From a virus, in IMG/VR virus record IMGVR_UViG_3300030497_000015: a stretch of 64,000 nt of DNA; one strand, given 5' to 3'. The notes beneath the pieces were generated by a model that was not told where the DNA came from, searched no databases, and saw only the letters and a list, made by a program, of their open reading frames with translations. The translations under genes and the position numbers were made by a program. Below are positions 1-10,200 of the stretch, in pieces; the stretch's first letter is position 1, and each line of letters opens with the position of its first letter.

Positions 1-211
1 CACGAGCCGAACTCGATTGCATATTACGTGTGTCGCCCTTCGTATAAATAATGTCGTTATACTTGAAGAACTCTTTCGGAGCTGATTCTTCCCCGAATAT
101 ATCTTCCCCGAGGTCGTGACGTTCTCGAAGTGTATTCAAGTAAGCGTCCTCCCCTCGTTCTGATTTGATCTTGACGAATGAGTTCGCTGCTTCGAATCCG
201 ATAACTTTCAT
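1..211 (-). CDS. parM: ParM/StbA-like actin ATPase, N-terminal part (runs off window start)
   Basis: Manual translation MKVIGFEAANSFVKIKS... resembles the actin phosphate-1 motif; RBS GGAGA upstream; C-terminal part is at 63600-64000. Confidence 0.8.
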   Translation of the reverse strand, partial: MKVIGFEAANSFVKIKSERGEDAYLNTLRERHDLGEDIFGEESAPKEFFKYNDIIYTKGDTRNMQSSSAR

Positions 212-235
212 AATCAATCTCCTTTTTCGATATGT

Positions 236-312
236 AATTGTCGTTACTATACTTATATTTTACTAGAAAAGTCGTTACTTTGCAAGAGTTTATTTTCGTT
301 CTTTTTCGTTAC
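236..312 (-). promoter_or_regulatory. parM promoter with repeated GTAACGA boxes (parC/ParR operator candidate)
   Basis: TTGCAA-17-TAAAAT on minus strand; TCGTTACT occurs 3 times (~241, ~272, ~306). Confidence 0.55.
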
Positions 313-343
313 TTTTCGACTCTTAGTAAAGAAAAGGGAGTAA

Positions 344-1423
344 TTAGTATACTCCGTTATCATTCATCCAATCTCTATCGGCAAACTCCTCGATAGGCAT
401 AGCGTAAGAAGGGGAAGCAGACGCTCTCTTTACGGATGCTTTTAGATGCTGCGGCAGGCTATCGAAAGAGAATAACTCGTCTACTTCGACTAGAGTTCCG
501 TTTAGTGCTGACTCTTTCATGCTTGCGTCGTAGTCCGCTAGTTCAGTAGATTCAATCTCTTTGTCGATTTCGTTATTAAGATTATAAACAAGGAATGCGA
601 TTTCGCCTTTTTTGAATACGAACTTGCCTTGTGATTCTTGCTTTTTAAAGTATTTAAGAGTTTCTAAAGAGTTTAATACTGATAGTTTGTAATCCACGAA
701 TAATAGATTTCTTTTTGCTAGAGTCTTTTCGATAGCTTTATGTAACTTGATCTTATCTTCGATCTCGAATCCAGATAAAAGCATGTCGATATCTCTATCG
801 AAAGGGGAAAAGGTTTTTGATTCCTTATAAACCGTTTCGAAAGATTCCTTGTGCGTGTCCTCTTGTACTATGTATTTAATATCTTTTAATTCCGAAGGAG
901 AGTCTTGTTTAAAAGAGTCTTGATTCGGCAGTTCAAAAGAAGCCTCGATAGCTTGCTGCTGCTGCGTTTCTGGGGCCTCGACGGTTTGCAATGACGGTTT
1001 GCAAGACGCTTCGCAAGGCTTGTCCGAAGGAAGTTCGCAAAGGTCCGAAAGGTTTCCGAAAACATACACATTATGAGCGTATCCTCCGAATCTTACGACC
1101 TTTCCGTTGCTGTCTTTTTTGCTTCCAAGAGCTTTTAGAATTGTGATTCCGAAGGTATCCGCAGCCTTGATGAAGTTGTCGAGTGATCGAGTAGATACTT
1201 TCGCCTTGTCTGCGAGTTCGCTTCGACGGATGAAAGCTACTCCTCGAGTTTTCGCTCCAAGTTCGAATAGAGATTTGAGAACCGCTTTAAATGACGGTTT
1301 TTGCTCAAGAATCTCTGCGAATGTATAAGTAAGTTTGCGATAATGTTCGTTGAATGCTTCGAGAGTTTCGAAGTTTGATAGGGAATTGTATTCGTTGAAG
1401 TTTCCTGCTTGTATTGTGTTCAT
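344..1423 (-). CDS. Plasmid-type replication initiator-like HTH protein
   Basis: Start at MNTIQAG with GGAGG RBS; HTH-like RRSELADKAKVSTRSLDNF; directly upstream of parM; long leader with antisense RNA. Confidence 0.55.
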   Translation of the reverse strand: MNTIQAGNFNEYNSLSNFETLEAFNEHYRKLTYTFAEILEQKPSFKAVLKSLFELGAKTRGVAFIRRSELADKAKVSTRSLDNFIKAADTFGITILKALGSKKDSNGKVVRFGGYAHNVYVFGNLSDLCELPSDKPCEASCKPSLQTVEAPETQQQQAIEASFELPNQDSFKQDSPSELKDIKYIVQEDTHKESFETVYKESKTFSPFDRDIDMLLSGFEIEDKIKLHKAIEKTLAKRNLLFVDYKLSVLNSLETLKYFKKQESQGKFVFKKGEIAFLVYNLNNEIDKEIESTELADYDASMKESALNGTLVEVDELFSFDSLPQHLKASVKRASASPSYAMPIEEFADRDWMNDNGVY

Positions 1424-1556
1424 GGTATAGCCTCCATATTTCGATAAACTCGAAAGAGGACGCTCGTAGACGAGGGGGAAAATTGTAGAACGATTCCTCG
1501 ACAAAAACGAGGAAAAATCCTTGCATATTCTATGTATAATCGTATATAATAAGGAT

Positions 1557-1686
1557 ATAAATTTAATTATAAAAGAATTTCTTCGGAATTTTCATTTCGA
1601 ATTTTCTTTTCGGTAGTTCCCCCTCGCCAAAGTGGGAGCGTCAATCGAGCTCGTAGGACGGCAATCCTGCGGGCTCTTTTTCTTTT
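1557..1686 (+). ncRNA. Countertranscript (antisense) RNA to the rep leader
   Basis: TTGCAT-18-TATAAT (1521-1550), then ~130 nt without an ORF, ending in hairpin GAGCTCGTAGGA/TCCTGCGGGCTC plus T-run. Confidence 0.55.
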
Positions 1687-1696
1687 CGGTAGGTCT

Positions 1697-1726
1697 ACTA
1701 TAACATTGATACGAATAATCTGTCAA
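1697..1726 (-). promoter_or_regulatory. sigmaA-type promoter for rep, with CGTATC box in the spacer
   Basis: TTGACA-18-TATAGT. Confidence 0.65.
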
Positions 1727-1796
1727 ACATTTTTGAGCTAGCAGATTAATGAATAATTTACCAACGAAAAAAGAGAGAGCCGAAGCCCTCTCGTGT

Positions 1797-1985
1797 TTAA
1801 GTTAATCGTATGATATCGCCTGATTGAATCTGGAAAGCCATACATTCGCCTTCTAAGATTGGAACGATATATGCGAGAATATCCTCGAATTGATAATCTT
1901 CTAATCCCGCAAACTTATAAACTTCCGTTTCCGCTAATGATCGTATCGCATTCGATAGTTCATGAAAAAGTATTCTTTTGCCCAT
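1797..1985 (-). CDS. Hypothetical protein
   Basis: 62-aa ORF coupled (TAATG) to the upstream ORF. Confidence 0.6.
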   Translation of the reverse strand: MGKRILFHELSNAIRSLAETEVYKFAGLEDYQFEDILAYIVPILEGECMAFQIQSGDIIRLT

Positions 1986-2230
1986 TAATCGAGAGCCTCC
2001 AATTCGTCGTAATCTCTTTCCGAGAGGTAGGCATCTATTACCGAATGGTCTTCGTTTTGCTTTTTATATTTATAAGCTGCGTCGTCCTCGTCTTTTGCTC
2101 GCATCCATGCAAGTTTTGATCTGCCGTCCTCGTCGTAGTACTCGATGAAGAAAGTCGGTAGATTAGGAGTAGGGGAGACAGCTACGGGAGCCGCCTCGAT
2201 TACTTCGTCGAATAAAGATAACTGAGTCAT
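1985..2230 (-). CDS. Hypothetical protein
   Basis: 81-aa ORF in an operon with its neighbours. Confidence 0.65.
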   Translation of the reverse strand: MTQLSLFDEVIEAAPVAVSPTPNLPTFFIEYYDEDGRSKLAWMRAKDEDDAAYKYKKQNEDHSVIDAYLSERDYDELEALD

Positions 2231-2231
2231 A

Positions 2232-2390
2232 TCATCGAGCCTCCAATTCTTTACGAAGGCTTTTAATTTCCTCGTTCTTCATGTCTCTATATACTCCGAA
2301 TAGAATGTATCCGATGAGTACGTCGACAGCTAGTGAAAAGCAAGATGTGGTAGCCTCTAAGTGGAATAATTGAGATAGAATGAATAACAT
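2232..2390 (-). CDS. Small membrane protein (52 aa, not in ORF track)
   Basis: MLFILSQLFHLEATTSCFSLAVDVLIGYILFGVYR...; AAGGAG RBS; promoter TTGACC-17-TATATT at 2456-2484. Confidence 0.6.
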   Translation of the reverse strand: MLFILSQLFHLEATTSCFSLAVDVLIGYILFGVYRDMKNEEIKSLRKELEAR

Positions 2391-2712
2391 AATAAGTCTC
2401 CTTTTCGTATATGTAGTTTTGTCGTGTTTATCGTCCTTGTCGTTTGGACACTCTTAATATATCATGATACGATTTTTCGGTCAACTGCTTTTTCGTATCA
2501 AAAATAAAATGTTTACTTGCGAACATATTTCGGCTATACTACGATTAAGCTAGACATGCACGGACGCATTAAGAATCGTCTCTGATTCGAATTGTGTTTG
2601 TCGTGTATTGTCGTGCATGAATTGTCGTTGACGTTCGTGTATGTCGAGCTCATTGTTTACCTACATATTAAAAAATCGGGACCGTCTCATTTCGAGATAG
2701 GTCCCTTTTGTT

Positions 2713-2919
2713 TTATTCGGGTTTCTTCGGGTCTCTGACGACTCCGATTACGACTAGCAAGCCGATAACATAGTTAAAAGTATCGGTATACTTGACGACG
2801 GCTTTTGCGTCTACGACTCCGAGGTTTAATAGAAGTCCGAAGATAGCTGACGCTATAATCCCGAGAGTGACTTTGTCAGTCAAACGGGTTTTCAGTTCTT
2901 TAAGAGTGATCTTCCTCAT
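2713..2919 (-). CDS. Holin
   Basis: 68 aa, two hydrophobic segments, GVVRDP C-terminus; follows endolysin. Confidence 0.8.
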   Translation of the reverse strand: MRKITLKELKTRLTDKVTLGIIASAIFGLLLNLGVVDAKAVVKYTDTFNYVIGLLVVIGVVRDPKKPE

Positions 2920-2959
2920 GCGATTTCACCTCCTCGAAAGAGGGGAGGGGAGTCCTCCC

Positions 2960-3706
2960 TTATTTTAGTTTTCGAAGCTGCTCGGTCATTGCTGTACGAG
3001 TCTTAGGACCGAAGATGCCGTCCGCAGGATTGCAGTATACGGATTGGAAGCGATAAACTGCATCCTTCGTTTTTGCTCCGAAGTAGCCGTCTGCTGTGCC
3101 GCAGTTGAATTTTAAAGCGTTAAGTCCTTTTTGTAAGACCCTGATCGCTTCTCGATTCGTGCTCTTAGTAGAAAGAGTCATGTTCGGCAGAACTAGCAAA
3201 GCAAGGGGATTCTTCGACTTAGTTTCTGTTTTCTTAGCAGGAGCCTTCGTAGCAGCCGGCTTCTTTGCGGGAGCCTTGTCGAGAACCTTATCCGTGCCAT
3301 ATCCTTTGTACTCGAATTGAAGATGCGGAGAGTCGACGAAGTCCTCATCGGAAGTCTTTCCGTCATTGTCCCAATCCGCCCCCCATGTGAAGCCTAGACG
3401 TTTCGCTTCTGCGATAGCCTTCTTCATTGCTGCCGTGTGGTATGCTGATTGGCTCCATTGAGCTTTTCCTTTTACGATCGGTACGAAGTCAAGAGCCTGT
3501 CCGACTAAGTGATAAGACTTCATCGTTTGGGAAGCTCCCGAAGCGACATTCGCTCTCTGCTCGGCCTCTGTACGACGTGCATCGTAGATTAAAAGGTCTA
3601 AGTTATTTTTCTCAAGGAACTCGTGCCATTTCGTAGCTGCTGCTCTCGTATTCGGAGCAAGTTCTTTGATCGTTGCTAGATTTCGAGTTTTGTAAGTGAT
3701 TGCCAT
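2960..3706 (-). CDS. Endolysin, M15-type L-Ala-D-Glu peptidase plus peptidoglycan-binding domain
   Basis: R..AEQ, SYHLVGQALD, WGADW, DSPHLQ motifs; C-terminal DGYFGAKT/DGIFGPKT; start MAITYK with GGAGG RBS. Confidence 0.85.
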   Translation of the reverse strand: MAITYKTRNLATIKELAPNTRAAATKWHEFLEKNNLDLLIYDARRTEAEQRANVASGASQTMKSYHLVGQALDFVPIVKGKAQWSQSAYHTAAMKKAIAEAKRLGFTWGADWDNDGKTSDEDFVDSPHLQFEYKGYGTDKVLDKAPAKKPAATKAPAKKTETKSKNPLALLVLPNMTLSTKSTNREAIRVLQKGLNALKFNCGTADGYFGAKTKDAVYRFQSVYCNPADGIFGPKTRTAMTEQLRKLK

Positions 3707-3756
3707 TGTGTTTCCTCCTTTTGTTTTTGGGACCGAAAAAAGCCCCTTCGCATTAG

Positions 3757-3784
3757 TTAGCGAAAGAGCTCTCGGGTCTGGGAC
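3757..3784 (-). promoter_or_regulatory. Phage-sigma promoter (endolysin)
   Basis: GTCCC-17-CGCTAA. Confidence 0.65.
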
Positions 3785-3795
3785 TTTCTTTTCCC

Positions 3796-4176
3796 TTATT
3801 CTCCAAAAAGGATAGGGAATGCGATTTTGATTCCGACTAAGCCGCCGAGTATAATCACGAAGCCTCCGAAAATCATTATGAGTTTCGAGATTAATCCCCA
3901 CGTATTCGCAAGAAAGAGTTCTTGTCGTGGTCCGAATGCTTTTACTTCGGATTTGACTTCGCCCATATCTCGGGAAAGTGCTGCGATGATAATTCCGATC
4001 TCGTCCATTCTTTTGTCGAGTACGTCGATTCGTTCGTGTGCCTTCGCTGCATTTCCGTCCGCATCCTTTACCTGTTCTTTGAGCTGCTTGAGCTCCTTTA
4101 AGATTTCGATATGTTCTCGGACTACTTCATCGATGCTTTTCGGCTGCATTTCGATTCGTGTCGTTTCTACGCTCAC
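3796..4176 (-). CDS. XhlA/hemolysin-like lysis accessory membrane protein
   Basis: Coiled-coil N-terminus plus C-terminal TM helix, between tail and endolysin genes. Confidence 0.6.
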   Translation of the reverse strand: MSVETTRIEMQPKSIDEVVREHIEILKELKQLKEQVKDADGNAAKAHERIDVLDKRMDEIGIIIAALSRDMGEVKSEVKAFGPRQELFLANTWGLISKLIMIFGGFVIILGGLVGIKIAFPILFGE

Positions 4177-4250
4177 GTATGTTCCTCCTCTCTGTCGTTG
4201 TTGTCGATTATCTATGAGTTAAAAAAGAGAGCCGAAGCCCTCTCTTGTTA

Positions 4251-7200
4251 TTACTTGATTAATCCATTGACTAGAGATTCGAGTTTCTCGAGACGATCTC
4301 GGAGCTCTTTATTCTCTGACTTGAGTTCTGCGATTTCGGTTTGCATCTCGGACCGCATCTCTTCGACATCATCGTCGAGCTCCTGAAAGGCTTTCCATGT
4401 ATAGGAGTTCATCGAGTATAAGTCGATTGTATCCGATGAGCCTTTAAGTTCATCGGGAGCCTCCTCATAGATTAAGCCGATTTGAACGGGAACCTCTTCT
4501 TTACTACGAGTGCCGACGAGATTAACTGTGTTTGTCTCTTCGTCCCTTTCGTAGATGTTGAAGTCGTCTTTAAGTTGGTACTCGTAGATTTGCGTCTCTC
4601 TAAGTACTTGACGAGCATTCCTCGAGAGTTTCTTTATGTTCCGCTTGAACTTACGTCTTGAGCCGACTGTGAACTTCGATGCGTCGATGTTAGCAAAAGC
4701 TGTATCGGCTGCATTTCTCGCTTGTAAGCCACCCGCAGTTAGGAACTTGAGTTTCGCAGTTCCGAAGGCTATTCCTCCGTTTGTGACTCCGTCGAAGGTG
4801 AAATAGTCCGAACTTCCGCCGACTCGGATAATGACATCCCCGTTGCTTCCCGCTTCGCTGTTCGAGATTGTTAGGATATTTTGATTCGCTGAGCCATATC
4901 CGATATAACCGAATCGAGAGCCTTGTCCTGTCGGAGACGTTCCGCCTTGAGGGAAAAACTCCATGAACGTATGCGTTGAGCCTACGAGCTTTAATGCGTT
5001 CGGAGATGTGCCTTTCTTACGAATGATTAGCGTTCCCGAATCGTCGAACTGCGATAAGTGTAGCTGTGAAGCATCGTATCCCTCTTGTACTCCCGTATGG
5101 AAATAGATTGAGTTGTCGGACGTGATGTTTATATGCTCGGACTCTATGTTCGTTCCTTCGGCAATTAAGCCATTGGCTACGGTGATCGGTGCTTCTCCGC
5201 CTCCGATGATAGTCCTTGCTCCGCCTCCGATTCTCATTACGAGCCCATTCTTCGAGCCCCCGAGAGTATCGATGAAAGGAAGGTCGACTACTTCGTAAAC
5301 TCCCGTCGTTGCGTTGTAAGACTCGTAGTGCCCGAGGAATGTTTGAGCCATTACCTCACGAACTGAGACTCTTCCTAGATAATCGGAGATGTTCGGCAGC
5401 TTATCGCCTCCGCCTTTACGGAGTAACCATAGGGAATTTTCCGCATCATAAAGCATCGGTATATCCCCTTTGATTAGCTGAGCTCCGTCGAGCTCTATCC
5501 ACTTGTCCGCCCCTTCGGACTTGAGTCTAATTACGACGTAAAAGTTCCCGTTCGTAAAGTTAGGAGTCGGAGCCGTGAAAGTGAATGCGAATCTCTCTGT
5601 CGGATTCATTCCGAAAGTCTTTTTCGATAGAGTGAAGGTTTTCGAAGTCTTTTGTCGTGAGACTACGTTTACCATATCATCGGTATAGAACTCGGCTTCG
5701 ACGATTAGATTTCCGACCGATGCCGCATTTCCGACTTGAGTTCCGCTTTCGTTTTTGACGGTCATGTTTTGAGTCGGAGCGAATGCGTGAATCGAGAAGG
5801 TGTATTCTTGACCCTCCCTCGCTGTGACTGCTTGCTCGATGTAATTTACTCCATCGACTACGACCGACTGGAAGCCGAAAGGCGAAGTGATTGCTAGGTC
5901 CGAATACATTACCGAGTTTAATCTCGGAGAACCTATTCGATGCCATACTCCGAATATCTCCGTCGTGCCCGCATACTGATAGTCCTTGATCGGATAGTAA
6001 CCGAGAAGATTTGGATAGGTATTACTTGTCCAATCGGGGTCCATCATCTCGAAGGAATGATCTCGGAGAAGGTTATTCGCTCGAGCGAGTGATTCCTTTA
6101 ATCCCGTGATGTTATCCTCGATAGTGAAAGCTCCGTTCTTTACGTTTACTCCGTTCTTAGAGACCGAGGTCGATTGCTTCCCGTCCGTGCCCGTAACGAC
6201 TAAGCCGTTCGCATCGAGTACGATTCCAGAAGTGGGGGAGAGAATCCTCGTAGCTTCTGCGTTAAGCTCGTTTGCTGCCTCATAAAATGCGACTCGGTCG
6301 AAGATGATGTCCTTTATTCCCGCTCCTACTGTCGACCAATTCCCTAAGACGTATCCCGCATAATCTCGGAAAGTGCCTGTGAAGTTGGCCGGTTTCTTTA
6401 GAACTGCCGTGACTGTGTACCATTTACCGAGAATCGGATTCGGCTCGTATGTCTTGAGGTTTAGAGTCGCTCGGTATGAAGTGCCTCCCGTATTGTACCA
6501 ATCGAGAAGGACACAAGCTCCGTCCATGACTCCCGATACGAGCATAAAATCGACCTCGACTGTTACGTATTGAAGGTCTGTCGGATTCGGGAAGAACGCT
6601 GCTGTGTTCATGTTCATTCCGACTTGTTCTGATGTGGTCGTCGATACCATTCGAACTCCCGAGCCTCCACGAGTAAGAGTCGTCTCTTTTGTCGGAACTT
6701 TGTTCCATGCTCCGAAGCCTACGGGATATGTTCCCGTCCATTTCGTGAATAACGAGTTACTTGAGATTAAGCCGGCTCCTATCGCTGTGTCTCGAGCTGC
6801 ATCCGATTTATTCGTTGCGTCGGTCGCTGCTGTTGAGACTGCCGAATTTTTTGCGGCATCGGCTTTCGATTGAGCTCCGGTAGTGGACTCAAGAGTTCCC
6901 GAGCCTACATTTGCCGTGATCTTATCGTTTGCTGTTTTCCCTGCATTCGCATTCGTTACGACCGTGCTCGCTGCCGTCCCGTTGACTGTTCCGGTGATAT
7001 TTCCTGCGAAAGCTACTGTCGTCGAAGGTTGATACGGGTTTTCCCCCGTGATCGAGGACTTGACGATAGCTGAGCGTAAGATTCCATTCGCATTGATATC
7101 CTTGTCGACTCTTCGATATGCTTGTATTCCGAAGGTGTAATACTTATTCGCTGCTACTCCTTGAATTACTATCGATCGATTATCGTAAGCCGTTGTAAAT

Positions 7201-10200
7201 ACTTGCTCGAGAGCCTTATCGGTCCCGAATGTATAAGCCGTGTTTGCAGTTGCCGCATAAACATAAACGATGAATCCGTCTATGTCGTAAGCGTCGCCCG
7301 TGCCTGAGAAGGTCCACTCGAAGGAGATGTCGACCGAGCCGTCTGTATTTACTGTATGATCGACTGTTGCTCCTGTTGTGTTAAGCGTAGGGTTTGCAGG
7401 AGTAGTCGATTTCCTGTCGTTTCGGTTATTGAAGTTCGCTGCTGCTGTTGCGATTGTTGACGCTGCTACTCCGTTTACTGCTGCCGTGTCCTTCGAAGTA
7501 TTTGCCGAAGTTACGTCGGCTCCTGCTGCTGCCGGCTTTAAGGCCTCGATCGTTGTTCCCGATGCGTACTTGATTTGACTCGCATTTTCGGGAGCTGTCG
7601 GAATCCATGCCGAACCATTATGCCGGTACATGATCTCAGGAGTAGTTCCCGTCTTGAGCCATAATACCGTAAGGTCCGTCGGAGCTGTGCTCTGCTTGAC
7701 GATCTTTTTCTCACTCGCTGCGATAGCTGCGTTCTGAGCATTGGTCGCCTTTGTGCTTGCGTCACTTGCTGCCGAGTTGATAGCTGCTGATTTCGCCGCA
7801 TCTGCCTTCGTCTGTGCGTCGGTTGCTGCTGCCGTTATAGCTGCCGATTTTGCTGCGGCTGCTGCTGAATCTGCATAAGAGTTCGCATCTGCAAGAGATT
7901 GTTCTAATCCTGCGAGATTTGCTTTCTCCTCTTCTGTAAGAATGCCGTCTGCATATGCTTTCGCTCGAGCTTCGGCAAGGTCGGATTCTGCTTTCGCTGC
8001 TGAGATAGCTGCCGCCTTTGCTGCGTCTGCTTTTGTTTGAGCGTCTGTCGCTGCTGCGGAAATAGCTGCGGACTTGGCGGCATCTGCTTTCGACTGTGCT
8101 CCTGATGGAGTTTCGGCTCCTACGTGTGCGGCGGTTGTCGGTGCAAGTGCTACCCATGCCGAGCCGTTGTATCTGTATTGAAGTTCGGGAGTAACGCCCG
8201 TTTTAATCCAGATAACCGAAGTGTCTACGGGAGCCGTAGAACCTCTTTGCATTCTTTTCTCTGATGCGTTAATCGCTGCGGCTTGTGCTGCGTCTGCTTT
8301 CGCTTGAGCTGTTGTAGCCGCCGAACTGATTGCGGCTGCTTGAGCTGCGTCCGCTTTTGCCTTTGCGTCGGCTGCGGCGGCTGCTTTCGCTGCTGCCTCG
8401 GCTGCATCGGCTTTCTTCTGGGCTTCTGCGATAGCTGCATTCTCCGCATCCGTAGCGACTCCGTCTGCATAAGCACGAGCTCGAGTGTCTGCGAGGTTAG
8501 CTTGTGCGATTGCCTCTTCTTGAATAAGGTCGAATACCCCATCGTCTGAGCCGACTTCGTATAATCCGAACTTAGTTGCATACATTGTCGAGCCTTTCGA
8601 TGCGTCGATCGTCTGGAATGTTAAATAGACTTTTGGTCGAATGTATGCCGAATTGACATCGTAGAACTTGAAGTCTGTATCAGGAGTTAAGGTGCTTTGC
8701 TCACCTACGCTCGAGCCTTCTGCCCCTGAGTCATGAGGAGCGATAAGAGCATAATGCTTCACCCATTTTCCCGTGCCTGCCGCAGTTGCGACCGCTCCGC
8801 TTACGATATAAGGTCCGTTCCCCGCATCGTTGTCGGCCTTTCCTCCGTTGTACTCCTCATATCCCCAATAATACTTAGAGTTTGCGTCCGATGCTTTCAC
8901 ATAGACTTCGAGAAGATACGTCTTTTTCGGATTGATCTTGATATAGTTCGGGAAGGTCCATCCTGCATCGTTTTTCGTTGCACCGGCCGTATGAACTTTC
9001 TTGAGAATCCTTCCTTTAATTCCGTCGGGAGTGTAGTCCGTTACCCATGTATAAGGAGTCGCAGGAGTAAGTTTTTCGATTCCCGAGATTAAGTTCGTTC
9101 CAGACTTTACGGCTGCATACCATTCGGCTTTAGCTTGAGCATTTACTCCGACATCGTCTGCGTATGCGATAGCTGCTGTTTTTGCCGCATTTGCTTCGCT
9201 TGTAGCGAATGACTTCGCAGTTGTGAGATTCGCTGCCGCTTGATTGATGCGGGCTGTTTCTTCTTTCGTGACTACTCCGTCGGCATAAGCTTTCGCTCTC
9301 GCATCTGCGAGAGCTCCCTCGGCTGTTGCGGCTGCTCTCGCTGCTTCTTCGGCATCTGTTTTCGCTGCTGCTACTGCTTCGGAGATTGCCGATGCTTTTA
9401 CCGCATTTGCTTTCGCTTGAGCTCCTTCGGGAGTTTCTGCTCCGATCTCTTGAGCTGATGTCGGAGTCGCCGGAACCCATGTCGCCCCGTCGAATTTCTT
9501 CCATACGAAAAGCTTTGGATTCGACATATCGAGCCATAGCATATCCGTATCGACCGGAGGCTCTGCTCCTTTGTAAACGACTTCGGCTGCATCGGCTTTC
9601 CCTTGTACTGCCGTGATCTGATTTTGCATCGTTTTGATGATCGATGGAGTCGAGATATATAATTTTACGTACTCACCGAGAGTCACTTTATCCTGCGTCG
9701 AATCCGTGTAAGAGCGAACGATTTCGATAGCTCTCGCATTTAGAGCAAGATAAGGCTCGAAGTTCATGTCCTTTACGATGATTGTATCTCCGAGACGAAC
9801 GTCCTCGTGTGAGATGCCTGCTTTTCTTTCAAGCATTACGACATCGACTTCGTAAGTGTATCGAGGATTCTTCCTGCGATTTAATTCCTTAGTCGCTTTG
9901 TTTAGAAGGTCCTGCGGATTCTCCGCATCCTCATTGATATAGACTCCGAAGATATGCTTCGATGTTCTGCTCCATCTGTCCCGAGCATCGCTGTCCCATA
10001 TATAATCGTAATTATTATTTACGGATTTTATAGTCATGCGGACTCCTTTTGCGTCGGCTTTCCCGATAGGGATAATCGCTGTCGCTAATTCGGTAGAGTC
10101 CTCGATGCGTCGTACTCCGATGATGTCTTTCGCATATTCGAATCTTTTACCTGTTTCCTCGCCTCGGCGTTCTAATAAGTCGATGTAACGATATCCGATT

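Noticed and set aside
2520-2534. Second SOS box (CGAACATATTTCG)
   Set aside because: Does not fit GAAC-N4-GTTC spacing
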